Assembly: GCA_965235115.1 (NCBI GenBank)
Contig: OZ249446.1
Coordinates: 6,758,001-6,822,000, forward strand
Source: Laetmonice hystrix
Lineage: Eukaryota
DNA: 64,000 nt
Direction of reading: 5' to 3'
Shown here: positions 1 through 11,762 of the stretch, one piece after another
Layout of the letters: each line of letters starts with the position of its first letter
Position numbering within the stretch: position 1 is the stretch's first letter
The notes under the pieces: model-generated
The model's input: only the letters and a program-made list of their open reading frames with translations
Databases searched by the model: none
Told to the model about the DNA's origin: nothing
Program-made: the position numbers and the translations under genes

Positions 1-3000
1 TGGATAGTGTAAGGGTGGTTTTCTATGGAGCACGTTCACATAATTCATGTTGGGACAAATATTATAGTCATGGATGTAAAAAAAATTGTTTGCGTTATAA
101 AATTTGTCATGCCATACACACCCAGATTAATACAATTATGGAATTGAGTGAACAAATTCTTTTCAAACACTTGTAGTTGATATAAAGTACGGCTTTAAGC
201 TCAGTAAATCTTTATTCAACCGTGATAGCAATAGAATGCGTCCGCATGTTAGTAATCGCTCATCAGCAGTGATCTCCGTCTGTCCCGCAGTGATAATTCA
301 CTCCGCACACGGATTTTATTTTAAATTTTATATTAAATTTTATTTATTTCGTATATATTTTATAATATTAATGTATTGTGTCGCTTTGATCTCGGATTTA
401 AAAAAAAGTATACTCGTATCAAATATTGCTCAAATGTTTTCTTGTTATTTTATCCTCGTTCGTTTTTTTCTCTCTTAAAATAAAACATTCTTTTAAAATA
501 AAACAGTTCATATACCTCAAAACGAGAACATATCTGTGTGCACTTATTTAAAAGATACGGACCGTCTCCTAGCAAGGCATATTCATGATCTTATAGCACT
601 ATGAATACTATGGCAAGAGAAGGCAATTGGCGCCTGTGACGTAGGGCAGATCTTTCTATAAGCTTAGTCCAATCTTATACGAGTGCTGTCTTGGCTAATG
701 GAACGGTCATCCTCCGTAGATTAGAAGGCGAAAGGAGCTCATATTGAACGAAGCTTGGACTGCCCAGCTCCAAAGGTGACCCGGGGAGATGTGAGCGTGA
801 CATTTTCACCAGTTTCTGTGTAACTGACAAGTCAACGCCATGATCGCGACCCAAAGGATGGAGCTCTTTATGTGCGTGCTATCTACTCGTGTGAGACTGT
901 GAGCTGTAAGCTGTCGAGCCTGAACGCAGGCGTCAGGGTGAATGAACCATTACCTTGGATACAGTGAAGAAACCACTGGGTAATCACCTGCTCAGTACGC
1001 AGGGCACACCAGAGGGAGTCATGTGACCGAGCATTTATGAAGCCAACCAAAGTCCACTTGGTCAGCAGTATTATTTACGTCCGCGTTCGATGAGCCCTCG
1101 TTCGAATATCACAGCAGGAGGGGGGTATGAAATATCGGTAAAGGGGGGGGGGGGGGGTGAGGGGACGGGGGATCGTCTACTTAATGTGTGAAATACTTTG
1201 ATCCTTGCGTTGCAAATATTAACCAGTGTTTATGATCCGCCCTTATCTAGGTCCCCATTGCGTCAAATATCGAAAGTGGTGCAGTGAACAAGGCCTTTCC
1301 AAATTTATTATTCTACTTGCGTTTTGCTAGTGAGAGCAAGAAGAAACTGCACTGAGTGCATACGGTGGGGTTGAATCTTCAATTGCAGAATCAAAGGCAA
1401 ATCACAGTCAGGAGGATCCCCGCACCCTAAACCATGACCTTTATAGGCGTAACCGCGCCAGAGGCATCGCTTCGGCAACACCTGTGATGCACTCAGCTAC
1501 GTTCATAGGTAGGTCCTCCGGATACGAACGCCGGCGTTCCTGAGACACCTTCATATTCTTATATTAGCGACGCCATCCGGTTTCTGATTAACTCGGCCGG
1601 CTAGACTTTTGCAGCGGACGTGAAGGCAAGTCGCCGTTATATCATATACGGCGTGTGCTATAAAAGACAAAAAGTGCAACATTACATCAACTACTGCAGT
1701 GATTTACTGTAAATGACATTTGCGTGACTATGGAAAAACTGCCGGAAGTGCACATCCGGGTCCTGGCATTAATGCGCTTCCTGTTCCGGTTATTGATTCC
1801 CTCGGCTTTTACGGACATCCGGAAACTACAAGATCATTAAGGGTATCAGATGTGACCTCAAATGTCTTCCGTTTTTGTTTTTGTTGTTTCTTTTACTGAC
1901 TGCACGTATTTATAATTGTGTCTTTAGATTTTGTATTTTGTTAATTATGAACACTTACATTCCCAGAAGCAATAATCACTGAACTTATAAACCTTTGCAG
2001 GAAAAGGTTCTTATTGATACAACCACTAAATATATAGGCGCTGTCATTTCAGCGAAAGAATATCTTTTGGATGCAACAGTGAGTAAGAACAAAACGTCCA
2101 CGCTGGAATCGTAAAATTCTTTCTTAATATTTTTTATTATCTATGGGAGAAAATGTTTTCTTTATTAAGCAGCTTTTCCGTCTTGTTAGATTTTATTTTT
2201 ATACCCCTGCATTTTTCTGCGGTCCTGGTATATAATGCTAAATGTAAATCATAATTATATTCGCAGGAAGAGATCCATTTCCGGAAGGGAGCCCGGACAA
2301 ACGGAAATGGACGGATCCTGGACAAGCAATCTACATAAAAGCCTGGTCCGCACCGACCCACCTGGCTACGCGCCAACCTAAGTCTAATAGAAACATCCCG
2401 GGTAAACGTCCGTACCGGAGACTCTCTCCAGTGTAGCCGGGTCCTGAACTCCCCTATGGACGGTAATAACCCTCGCTCAATCGGAAAGACATGTTATTTT
2501 GGCGTCCCACAGACTATTCAAGCTAAAGATTTGCCCGACAGCTATACACCAGTCAGAATGGCTTCGGTCCGTATACATTTACAAGGACTGTGCCTATTTA
2601 CATATAGATTGAGTATTCCCCAATATGACTTCGACAAGGTCGACTACTGAGGCCGTTCCGTGAAGGAGGGCTGAAGCCTTATTACAGAAATTACCTCTTG
2701 GAGAACTCTCCGACACGAGGACGCTGTGCCTGAGGGAGCAGCAACCATCTTTTACGTCTGATATTATTCGATATATCACACAAAGCAGGGTTTGTCCGAC
2801 CACTGTTCTCCGATTGTACCGGAAAAATCGATTGGTTAATTGCCATCATTCTGATCACGTGATCTAGCCGTGATCGATGACGTTGCTTTTGCACGGATAG
2901 CGGCCTACAGTCATGTAGTCGCAAAAAGTCACGTGGCGCCAATTACCTGCTGTCACTGCCGTGTGTCCGTTCCAATCAAGTGAGGAAACCTGGTTTAGAC

Positions 3001-3380
3001 CACGTGAACAAGGTCACCGTTCACGAGGGAAGGAATGACCCCCTGGAGTGATCATGTTAACAACCTTTGTCAAACAAAGCATAAGAAATCCCATCTATTT
3101 GTTAATACAGGCTAATTACATATTGTTGGAGCATATATCACCTAAACGGTGATGTACTTTGCTTGCTCTTATTCCAAGAGTCGTTGCATTTTTTTGCAAT
3201 TATTTAATTAGACGATTATGATAGCAACGAATATCAAATCTAATGTCCAAGATTTGACCGACCAGTTTCAAAATTCTGACGATTGTAAACAAATCCAGAA
3301 TTAGTCTACTCCTTCAACGACCGCGATATTTCCATAGATAAGACTGAATTTATACGGTAAGTCATCTGACAACCAAAGAG

Positions 3381-4628
3381 ATGGGCTGTAGCCACAGTAA
3401 ATTGAAAACAATAGCTAGTGAGACCACGATAGAAGTGGCTCCCTGGAAATTGATTTATACGTCGGTGCTTGAGGCATGGAGCAATGGGGACGCCGCCAGG
3501 TGGCACTTCGATGTATGTGCTGATTTATCAACTCGCAAGTCTCGCCTCCAGCCGTGGTGTACGCTCGGGCGAGATTTCGATGCCCTTCTTCCTGCGCCAC
3601 AAGAATCAGACGACCTGGATGTGAAATATGTGTATAATCAACTTCTTATTCGAGACAGTCATATGTGGAAAAACTACCGGGTGAAATTACCAAGGTCTTT
3701 TAAACACGACGTCAGAAATAAAATGAAGTCGTCACCATTTCTGGAGTCGGCCCAGGTTGTTGGTTATCGCGACCGGTTAGCCGTCGTTCAAGTGCCACGC
3801 ACTGATGGTCTGAACGAGTTTCTGATGGTTGACCTGATCAAAAACACCGTTTCCGGGGCATACAAAGAGGAATATCAAGATCAGCCCTGTTTGTATGAAT
3901 GTTACATAAGCCCTGACCTGAAACGGCTTCTTTTGAAGCCAAACTTGCTTTATGCCCTTAGATTCCGCGTCCAGGGCTTGGATGATTGTGTGAAGGTGTT
4001 GAGACGAGAAGACAACTATAATGACTGTTGTGTCACGTCAGTTCTCTTCAAGGACGCAGGTTTGGATCTAATTATGACGTTCGATCCCAGATACCGACAT
4101 AGCCGCGTTGCTATTGGCAACATGACCAAACGGGGGCAGCATGTATTGTGTTTGTATAATTTGAAAAGTCGAAAAATTGTCCGGAAAACCTACGGTCCAC
4201 AGTACCAAAGAGCTCAGAACCTCGTTTTCAGTCCGGATGGAGAACACCTAGCGGTGCTGATTGTGACGTACGTGGTCGGCCCCAACATGTACCCGCAGAG
4301 GTATAATTTTCTTGGGGTCATGGTCTACAACACCTCCAGTCTTACCATGCTCCATAAGATCCAGTGTTTCGGGACCTCTGCTGTGACCACCTTGACCCCT
4401 GCGGCCGTCTTTCCCCAGTTCTCCCGTCTTGGAGACTACCTGGCCCTGGGAAGCGGTTGTGGTGCCGACATCACACGCGTGGAAGTATATCGAATGCCCC
4501 GGGTCTTAAACCTGCAGAGCATCTGTCGCTACAAGATCAGTCAGTTCCTGTCCCAGGCCGAAGTAGACAACCTTCCTATCGATCCCAAGTTGAAAGATTA
4601 TCTTCTCTTTCGTCCAATCGAAGATTAA
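3381..4628 (+). CDS. Intronless 415-aa SOCS-box protein with divergent beta-propeller (WD40-like) repeats and N-terminal myristoylation/palmitoylation motif; probable Elongin-BC/Cullin-5 E3 ligase substrate adaptor
   Basis: Long clean ORF. N-terminus MGCSHSK fits MGxxxS with Cys3. Blade-like motifs CYISPDLKRLLL, MTFDPRY, LVFSPDGEHLAVL, FPQFSRLGDYLALG. C-terminal LNLQSICRYKI (BC box) and LPIDPKLKDYLLF (Cullin box). Confidence 0.85.
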   Translation: MGCSHSKLKTIASETTIEVAPWKLIYTSVLEAWSNGDAARWHFDVCADLSTRKSRLQPWCTLGRDFDALLPAPQESDDLDVKYVYNQLLIRDSHMWKNYRVKLPRSFKHDVRNKMKSSPFLESAQVVGYRDRLAVVQVPRTDGLNEFLMVDLIKNTVSGAYKEEYQDQPCLYECYISPDLKRLLLKPNLLYALRFRVQGLDDCVKVLRREDNYNDCCVTSVLFKDAGLDLIMTFDPRYRHSRVAIGNMTKRGQHVLCLYNLKSRKIVRKTYGPQYQRAQNLVFSPDGEHLAVLIVTYVVGPNMYPQRYNFLGVMVYNTSSLTMLHKIQCFGTSAVTTLTPAAVFPQFSRLGDYLALGSGCGADITRVEVYRMPRVLNLQSICRYKISQFLSQAEVDNLPIDPKLKDYLLFRPIED

Positions 4629-5549
4629 CGCAAGGAGACTGCAATACAAAAAGGTGACCATCCCGCGTTTACCAGCCAAGGATGGTGTTCCAACGTATTG
4701 GTTTCGGTTCTAATGTGTAAGACTGTAGGACAGCACAAATTTCCTACAATTTATCATTATCCGCCCTATACATTCTATTGGAGATGCCAACTAAAATGAT
4801 AAACTCATCAACGAGGTATGCGTTATGGTTTTTTTTGGTGCTGTGACTGTGGAACAAGATGGATTACTTGAGGATAAAGAAATATATTTGATAAGGCCAA
4901 GAATACAAATTGTCTTGAACAGCATTATCTCGAGTTTGAAAGATCTTTGCCTGAATAGAAAAATGTCTATTAACTAAATTCATCAGATATTATTACACGT
5001 CTACTAAGGCGATGGATAGTTAAAATCGACCTATCGACATTACAAGATAGGCCTTTACACTCAGTCTCTTTTTTTTATTCTATGACGATAAAGCTCCGGT
5101 TATACGTGTACCCACTCCCTAAGTAAGGCTGTCCGCGTTTGATTAAAGCATAAAATAATTTATATTTCAATATGCAAATTCTTGGATTGTAACGCTAACA
5201 AACCGGGAACGTTGCTACAGTGACTGTCTGATGTGGCATTATTCGTCCTGGGCAGTGTAATATGTATACGTACATGCACATATGTATGACTATCCGCCTT
5301 TCCAATATCCCATTTCATAACATAACATTTGCATGGGCGCAACATATACGAATGACAAGCTTTTGCAAGCACAACCAGTTGCCTGAGAATATTGTGATAT
5401 TGTACTGAACATTGAAACTATATGTGTATACCGGTTTTAGGACTAATTTAATTATTTTATTAGGTTGTATGTACAATCTGGAGTTTCACAGATGTGAGGC
5501 GCCTAACGGGGGCTACGTTAACTGTTTCAGCGGAATCCGATGTCATGAT

Positions 5550-6160
5550 AGAATTGGAAATAATAGGATCTGAAATAAAACAACCAGTATATCGACCTCA
5601 AGAGATAATATCTTGACCGTATTATTTAGAGGAAACCTTCGAAACTTCTTACATGGAGATACACGGTGAGAGTTCCCTAAAGAATAAAGTTTCTCATATT
5701 TGTCAGCACAGGAGGATCATTCCTTATACCCACTGACTCGGAATCAAGGTATAAGATGGGTTCATGACTTGAGTAAAGTCCTCTTAACGGTAATTTTCTC
5801 AGCCACTTGACCAAGTTGTTCATTGTAGCACAAGGAACGGATGACAATTTAAATCAATCAATCCCGGGATGTCGTAGATAATGCCTTATGATTCCAACAG
5901 GCTCATCACCGAGTGCTTTCAATTTGTAACCCTGGTGTTGACCGACATTTGGCATGCGCATTAAAAGGTGGTGATCTGCTGCTCTGGTTCAACTCTAGGT
6001 GAGTCATCATCCTTGACAACTCATTAGATTTTCAGGATTGACTGTTATAGTTCTCAGAGATCAATTATCCCGTGCCAATCCTCCATTCAAATGTTTTCCC
6101 GTGTAATACCGGATGTAATTTAAAGGTGGTTGGAATACCTTGGTGTCCTAGAGGACAACC
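5550..6160 (+). mobile_element. Heavily decayed LTR-retrotransposon (Gypsy-like) integrase remnant
   Basis: Broken + strand fragments in integrase order: CHDRIG (Zn-finger-like), PYTH (PYHP-like), TGSSP, KGGDLLL (KVGDLVL-like), FSEINY. Many stops and frameshifts. Confidence 0.3.
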
Positions 6161-6526
6161 ACACACGGTCAAGAATGATGAGTATTACAGAACATCATCA
6201 GGTGCGATTTAGTGCATCCGTAAGGCGTCGGATTTTTGTGTGATAATGATACGATATCCATTAGTATGACAACCGATGTGGCTAATGATCATCATTATAA
6301 TTATACGGTGAATGCGAAATGTCTCCTGGTGAATTACAGTGAGCCATGGCTTACTATAGAAAGAAACAAAAGGCCTTCTCAGTGATTAGCGTCGGACGTG
6401 ATATCCCAGTCTACAGACAGCATTTAATTTAGTGCATTTCATCAGACGTTTGCACGTTGCCTGCAGGAGACAACAATTAGGTGAGCAATGGAATCCAGTA
6501 CACGGGAAAACATCTGAATGGAGGAT

Positions 6527-6575
6527 TGAGTGATGATGTTGGTGTTTAACGCCCAGTCAGCGGTATTTCAGCTAG
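6527..6575 (-). mobile_element. 3' end fragment of the SINE family also seen at 20262-20499
   Basis: Reverse complement reads gctgaaataccgctgactgggcgttaaacaccaac, nearly identical to the tail gctggaatactgctgactgggcgttaaacaccaac at about 20451-20485. Confidence 0.6.
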
Positions 6576-6706
6576 GCCTATATCAGGGCCAGAAGTCTGA
6601 ACCAACTCAGTCCGTGAAATCCATTGGGTGATGACGAGATGATGGGAAGATTGGCCTATGTAAATGACCGAAAGCGACTACACACGTGGGGGCGCCACCC
6701 GCTGTT

Positions 6707-6730
6707 GTCACGTCACGTCACGTCACGTCA
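6707..6730. repeat. (GTCAC)n microsatellite, about 5 units; each unit contains a CRE half-site (CGTCA/TGACG)
   Basis: gtcacgtcacgtcacgtcacgtca seen directly. Confidence 0.8.
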
Positions 6731-7359
6731 TCAAGCATACTCAGAGCTTTTCTTTCACTCATGCCGACAAAACTAACGTCAGATCAAACTGAGTCTCTCA
6801 TAAAGCCCCAGTCACACCGGGCCTGCGACCAGATTACGACCTAGCTGCGACCGAAAAATGTTGGAATCGCAGGCAAATCGCAGAAAGAGCGTGCGATTGG
6901 TCGCAGAGGTCGCGAGTGATCGCCAGAGCAAGAATTGTATAGATATTATGCACAGGTATAGCCTATCCCACAAACACTTTATGCGTGAAAGGTTTGTCAG
7001 ACAGTTGGTCAACCTAACTGTCCCCTTCTGTTACAACTTGGGGCAGTCCACTGACGTTGACACGCGCTGACATTAAAGTGGCACAGGCTGGGCTAGTCGT
7101 CAATATAAGGTCATCAAAAACACTTCGTTGCGGCCAAGGTGTAACCTTAGAAGTTCACAACATACCTTCATCACCATATTCATAATTGTCCAGTCAACGC
7201 CTGGCGTCAATATTCCTGGGTCTACAAATACAATATTCCCCGGCTTTTGTGGTAGACCGTTACCGCCGTCTCAATTCAGCACCTGCCCTAGACAACCACC
7301 ATCATTTCTTATTTTTTGAATTTTTTTTTTTTTTTGGTTTGGCATTTTTATTTTTTCAT

Positions 7360-7525
7360 TTCCGGGAAAAGGTGTAGGCACGTGCCTACAGTGCCTCATG
7401 GAAACTTGTGTGCATGTGAAAGCAGCTTTATGAGGAAGTGCTGGCAGCACGATCCTGACACCCCAGATGTCACGGTTGTTGCCGCGCAGTGACTTCCCTT
7501 TACCACGTAGTTTCAAAATGGCTAT
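7360..7525 (+). promoter_or_regulatory. Candidate promoter of the CARD-PDZ gene with a consensus STAT (GAS) site and a YY1-like motif
   Basis: TTCCGGGAA at 7360-7368 and CAAAATGGC near 7516-7524, about 0.7-0.8 kb upstream of the acceptor-preceded ATG at 8180. Confidence 0.3.
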
Positions 7526-8179
7526 CGGCCACTCTTGTCGTATACAAATGTATGAAGTCGTGACCGAGATTAACTGTGAGCTGAGGAAGAAACCGCCGCT
7601 GCACCGACATCCCGCTTGTTACTGAAGCAGGATTACATATTGAGATGCTTCATCGTCTAAACGGATCCTACGGCAAAGCTAAGTGCAGCCAATTTGGTCA
7701 GTTTGCTCCACATTAGGATCACGGTGTTTAAGAGCAGTCGGCCTTACAACAGGCAGCACCGGACCGTGGAGGGTTCGGTATATAGCGGAAAGAAGGTCAG
7801 TGGACATAATGGTTCATAACGACAGCAACTGCCATAGAAATGATATTCATATGAGCCATGAGCCAGTCTAAAGAAGAAGGTCAAGCCTAAGAGGAATATC
7901 TATAGCAATATTTTGAAACTGAAGTTTCTCTTAGCCGTAATGATACACCTCATTGGCTAGCAGGGGATGGGGTACTTTGATATGTGTTGATCGACCCTGC
8001 TCAGACTGATAAGAAACATGGTTGACATGTGTGGGGCGGCCCCACATTATGAGAGGCAATTTGTTCCTGCGCTTTTAATAACTTCTTAGTAGGGACTCGC
8101 AGATGGTGTATTTAAGCACCGTAAGTTATTGAATGTTACCGACTTATAATGACATTCCTCCGGACTTTTTCTCCTTCAG

Positions 8180-8340
8180 ATGAACTCATCACAATTAGTA
8201 GTTTTAGGAGAGTTTCGCACGCAATTACTGGCTCTCTCCTACCGTGACGTCATAGATTACTTGATCGCCGCCGGCTTGCTCAGTATCAACGAATTTGAAC
8301 GTATCCATGCTACAAATACTCCCCAGGATGCCATGGCAAC
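8180..8340 (+). CDS. CARD-PDZ protein, coding exon 1 (N-terminal part of CARD-like death fold)
   Basis: Acceptor ttctccttcAG directly before ATG 8180; MNSSQLVVLGEFRTQLLALSYRDVIDYLIAAGLLSINEFERIHATNTPQDAMA; donor AC|gtacgg at 8341 (phase 2). Confidence 0.75.
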
Positions 8341-8515
8341 GTACGGAATTAATATTCTCTCAGTTCAGTATAATAGTGCTTGTACGGGTTTAATTACGAG
8401 AGTATATCTATATATTTACAAATTCTCTTAGCATTCCCCAAGATGGGCTGAATGCCCTTGACGTTCTCTTCTCTCGTCTCCTTTTCTCGATAATGGTTGT
8501 TGTGTAAAACCACCT

Positions 8516-8682
8516 TAGTGGCGGATCCGGGGGAGGGTTTGAAGCCCCCCTTGGCAACCGATTTTTCTTTTTCCCCACTTTAATTGTGAATTGACCATGC
8601 TGAACCCCCTAAAGCAAATTCTTCCCCTAACACCCCCCCCCCCCCCCCCCCCCCCGTTACCAAAATACTGGATCCGTCCCTG
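8516..8682. mobile_element. Short poly-G/C MITE-like element (AGTGGCGGATCC...GGATCCGTCCCTG) in intron 1
   Basis: Imperfect terminal inverted repeats around GGATCC; same family as 11031-11318. Confidence 0.5.
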
Positions 8683-8806
8683 ATCTCATATCCTTTTCCC
8701 TGTCGGTTGTGTAAAACTACCTTAGCTAATCTCAGATTTTCTACTGGCTGATTTGTAAAACTATATCTCCTCCCGAGATCTATGCTGTGCATGCTGTGTG
8801 TCTCAG

Positions 8807-8925
8807 GTTGCTCGACCGTGTCTTGGCCAGCCCTGACGGCAGAGCCTTCGACTTATTTCTCAACGCGCTGGGGCAGTGCGAAGTGACTTGTGAGCTTGCC
8901 AATATGATACGCCGCCGATTCTCAG
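8807..8925 (+). CDS. CARD-PDZ protein, coding exon 2 (C-terminal part of CARD-like domain)
   Basis: Acceptor tgtctcAG|G at 8807, phase matches exon 1; LLDRVLASPDGRAFDLFLNALGQCEVTCELANMIRRRFS; donor G|gtgtgt at 8926 (phase 1). Confidence 0.75.
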
Positions 8926-8975
8926 GTGTGTGTATTTATGTTACCTTGACTAACCATGCAGTATGGGCTTTTTAA

Positions 8976-9255
8976 AGGACCAGTGTATTCGTGTCGAATA
9001 GGGTGGCGCCCCTGGATATCCGGCCCAAGTCGGTTTCATAACCTCCTGCACTCACCTTTAATACTCTGTTCATATCACCCTAAAAATATGATTTAGCTGT
9101 TTCAAATAATGCACGTAATATTAATTACTATACGGCCTATAGTTGTAGCTGCGCCTAGAATTCATTTTTCGGGAATTGATGTGGCGAACTATGTTCTGTG
9201 CGGATGTACACAACAACACGGGCCAACACGGCGTTCAAAGGAATACACTGGTCCT
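8976..9255. mobile_element. 280-bp MITE with 15-bp perfect TIR and TTAA target site duplication (Kolobok-like termini)
   Basis: TTAA|AGGACCAGTGTATTC ... GAATACACTGGTCCT|TTAA, in intron 2. Confidence 0.8.
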
Positions 9256-9415
9256 TTAAAATGGGCACTTAATATCGTCTGCTTTTAAAATTGTCAAAAA
9301 CATTCATTCCGCCGGATATAGGCCTACTGCGAAACTACCAGGGTATTATCAAAGGCTCGTCATTCCTTTTTTAATTTTAATTTAATTTAATTTTTAATTT
9401 AATTTTTAATTGCAG

Positions 9416-9738
9416 AGTTCACCGTCTATAAAGAATCTACACAGAGTCCAAAAATAACGGTGAAGTTTCTCGGGAATCCAGGGCCAATGATCGGATTGCG
9501 ACTCGGATGTGATGTCGCAAAGTCGGTTTGGTCCGCCCGAAGCGCCACCTATATCACAGGAATTGTACCAGACTCTCCAGCAGCCAAAGTCAACCGCATA
9601 CAAGTAGGGGATATCCTCGTAAGGATCAATGATAAAGACATAAGAGGTGTCTCGGTGAAGAATATAAAGCAATTACTTTCATCAGTCACAAGCTTGACAA
9701 TACGACGGCCTCAGATATATAGGAAAATGTATCTGTAG
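9416..9738 (+). CDS. CARD-PDZ protein, coding exon 3 (PDZ domain, stop)
   Basis: Polypyrimidine tract and ttgcAG|AG, phase matches exon 2; PMIGLRL (GLGF-loop equivalent), TYITGIVPDSPAAKVNRIQVGDILVRINDKDIRGVSVKNIKQLL. Joined CDS 161+119+323=603 nt, 200 aa. Confidence 0.85.
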
Positions 9739-10936
9739 GTCGTATTATCTACCAACGAAACCTAACGCAACTTTCGTGGCAGCTGATTTTACAGTAGACT
9801 ATTAAGCCATTAATAGTTTTTAATTCGACCGCATCGACAAGACTGAAACCTCTTTTGTATAATATTTCAGAATCCAGATATAAGTCGATAGTTAGTCGAG
9901 CTGCCGTAGGCCCACTCACAGAGGGCATAAACACATTTAGGAGGTCAGCCTACCTTGGGTTATGTCGCCTCCATGCGTGGTCTATACAAGCGTCTTAAAG
10001 GGTAGAGGCCTACAGCGGCAAGAAGGTCGGCCGACAGCTAGTGTACAAACCAAAAAAGAAAGAAACAAAAAAGACTATATTTATTATATAATACTCACAA
10101 CTCGGCATGCACCTTTAACGCTTATATTTTCAGAGGCCACGCAAACTGTGATATAATGTTGGTCTTTAAACAGAATCTTTCTGTGGCTTAGGCATATAGG
10201 TGTCACCATGCAAGAACCACTCTTTAAGATGCTTCGATGTTTTTGGGGGTTGGAATGGGATATCTCGGCAGTTATCCAATGAACAACCAGTGCAGTGTGG
10301 AACTCTATAGCACCTATATATAAGATTACAGATTTTGGTTAATTATATATGCTTCTATGGCCCCATTATTTTAAGTAGGCGTAGAGCAGGATGGTCTAAA
10401 GTATGTCTTCATACTTGATGCACTCCTCGTTCTGCCACGGATATGGAGCAAAACGGGGTAAAGTGACATTTAGGGCCTACGCCTATATTTATTTTATAGA
10501 TCTAGGCATATTAATGTTTTCTGTTTGCCAAAGTTAGATCTCTATGTGTTATTTCGGCCAATTTCCAATAAAGTTTCAATTAGGCCTTAAGGTTGTCAAT
10601 ATATAGGCTACAAAGCGTCTTCATTTGATGGCCAACTGGGTATTAACCATATGGTATTAACTATAGTGGCCTCCCATCCACTTCTATATCCAGGTCGACC
10701 GTAATAAGACCGGCCGGGAAAGTAGGCTTTGCCCCAAGTCCCCGGATGCCCCCCCCCCCCCCCCAATCAACCCGCAAATTGCTGGTGGCCTAAAAAGGTT
10801 CAGTCCTGGAAATTAGGCCTATGTAGGCCTATACCTCAATCTGGGGTCAAACACATCTGCACCCCCCCCCCCTTTGAAATAGACAGCGGCGTCCCTCATT
10901 GCCCTATCTTTGCAGCCTTGAGTTGGTAGGCCTATA

Positions 10937-11447
10937 TCCCCCATGGTAACTTCGAACCCACGAAATTTTGTCGGAAGTAGGCTAGCCCTAGCTTAAAGAT
11001 TCATAGCCCCAAGGGCCTATGATAGATCCCCAGGGCCGGATCCAAGTGGGGGGGGGGGGGCGTACGCCCCCTATTTTTGGCAGTAATGATTTTTTTGAGA
11101 CTGAAATTTTACCAGTAGGCTAGGCTACTTTGCCCCCTGAAAAAAAGGAACAGTTCTTTTCTCAGATGCCGGGAAAATGCATCTGACAAACATGAATTTT
11201 CAAAGTTTTCTGGCGGAGGTCCCCGGCCAGACCCCCCCCTGGGGCTTTGCGCCTTCGCCGCTCGCAATATTCTCCAGGGGCTACGCCCCCCTTTCTAAGA
11301 ATCCTGGATCCGGCCCTGGATCCCTATTAAACTTCTAAGCTCGGTCCATACATCCTAAAGACATAATATCCCTATCCCTGACCTTAACCCGAACCCTTAG
11401 GCCTACCCGAAAATTCTGTTTGGGACTAGAAGTTAGCTACCATGGGG
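10937..11447. mobile_element. MITE-like element (CCCCATGGTAACTTC...GAAGTTAGCTACCATGGGG) hosting a nested MITE
   Basis: Imperfect terminal inverted repeats; interrupted by 11031-11318. Confidence 0.5.
11031..11318. mobile_element. MITE with TIR CAGGGCCGGATCCA...TGGATCCGGCCCTG
   Basis: 14-bp perfect TIR; flanked on both sides by GATCCC (apparent 6-bp TSD). Confidence 0.75.
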
Positions 11448-11537
11448 GAATAACCCTTGAGTTGCACGGTTCATTCCGCCACTGAGGCGGGCTGTGAAAC
11501 AGTCTACCTTTCAAGACTGGCCTTTCAAGCAAAATTG

Positions 11538-11762
11538 GTGCTGCCATCTGGCGTTACATTGCAACATGATTGTAATCATTTGTCCGCTCGATTCGCCCGC
11601 TTAGGCCTAAAATATATTATTTGATTATGTCTCAACCACGTTCGGAAGTGGCCAGAGAAGTGGCCAAAAGCAATGGATTACTCGCGCTCTCCGGGATAAA
11701 TTTCCGTTAGGCTATAATCATAGACGTAGCAGTTTGAGGAAATAACTGGCGCCACCTGGTGA
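11538..11762 (-). promoter_or_regulatory. Two co-oriented CTCF-like motifs upstream of the zinc-finger gene
   Basis: Minus strand CGCCAGATGGCAGCAC (11538-11553) and TCACCAGGTGGCGCCAG (11746-11762); ETS-like CACTTCCG follows near 11795. Confidence 0.4.

Noticed and set aside
1960-2450. Candidate small + strand exons (about 2000-2080 ending ACA|gtgagt; acceptor near 2270)
   Set aside because: Splice signals are plausible but phases give only short peptides with no recognisable domain; could be UTR exons or chance.
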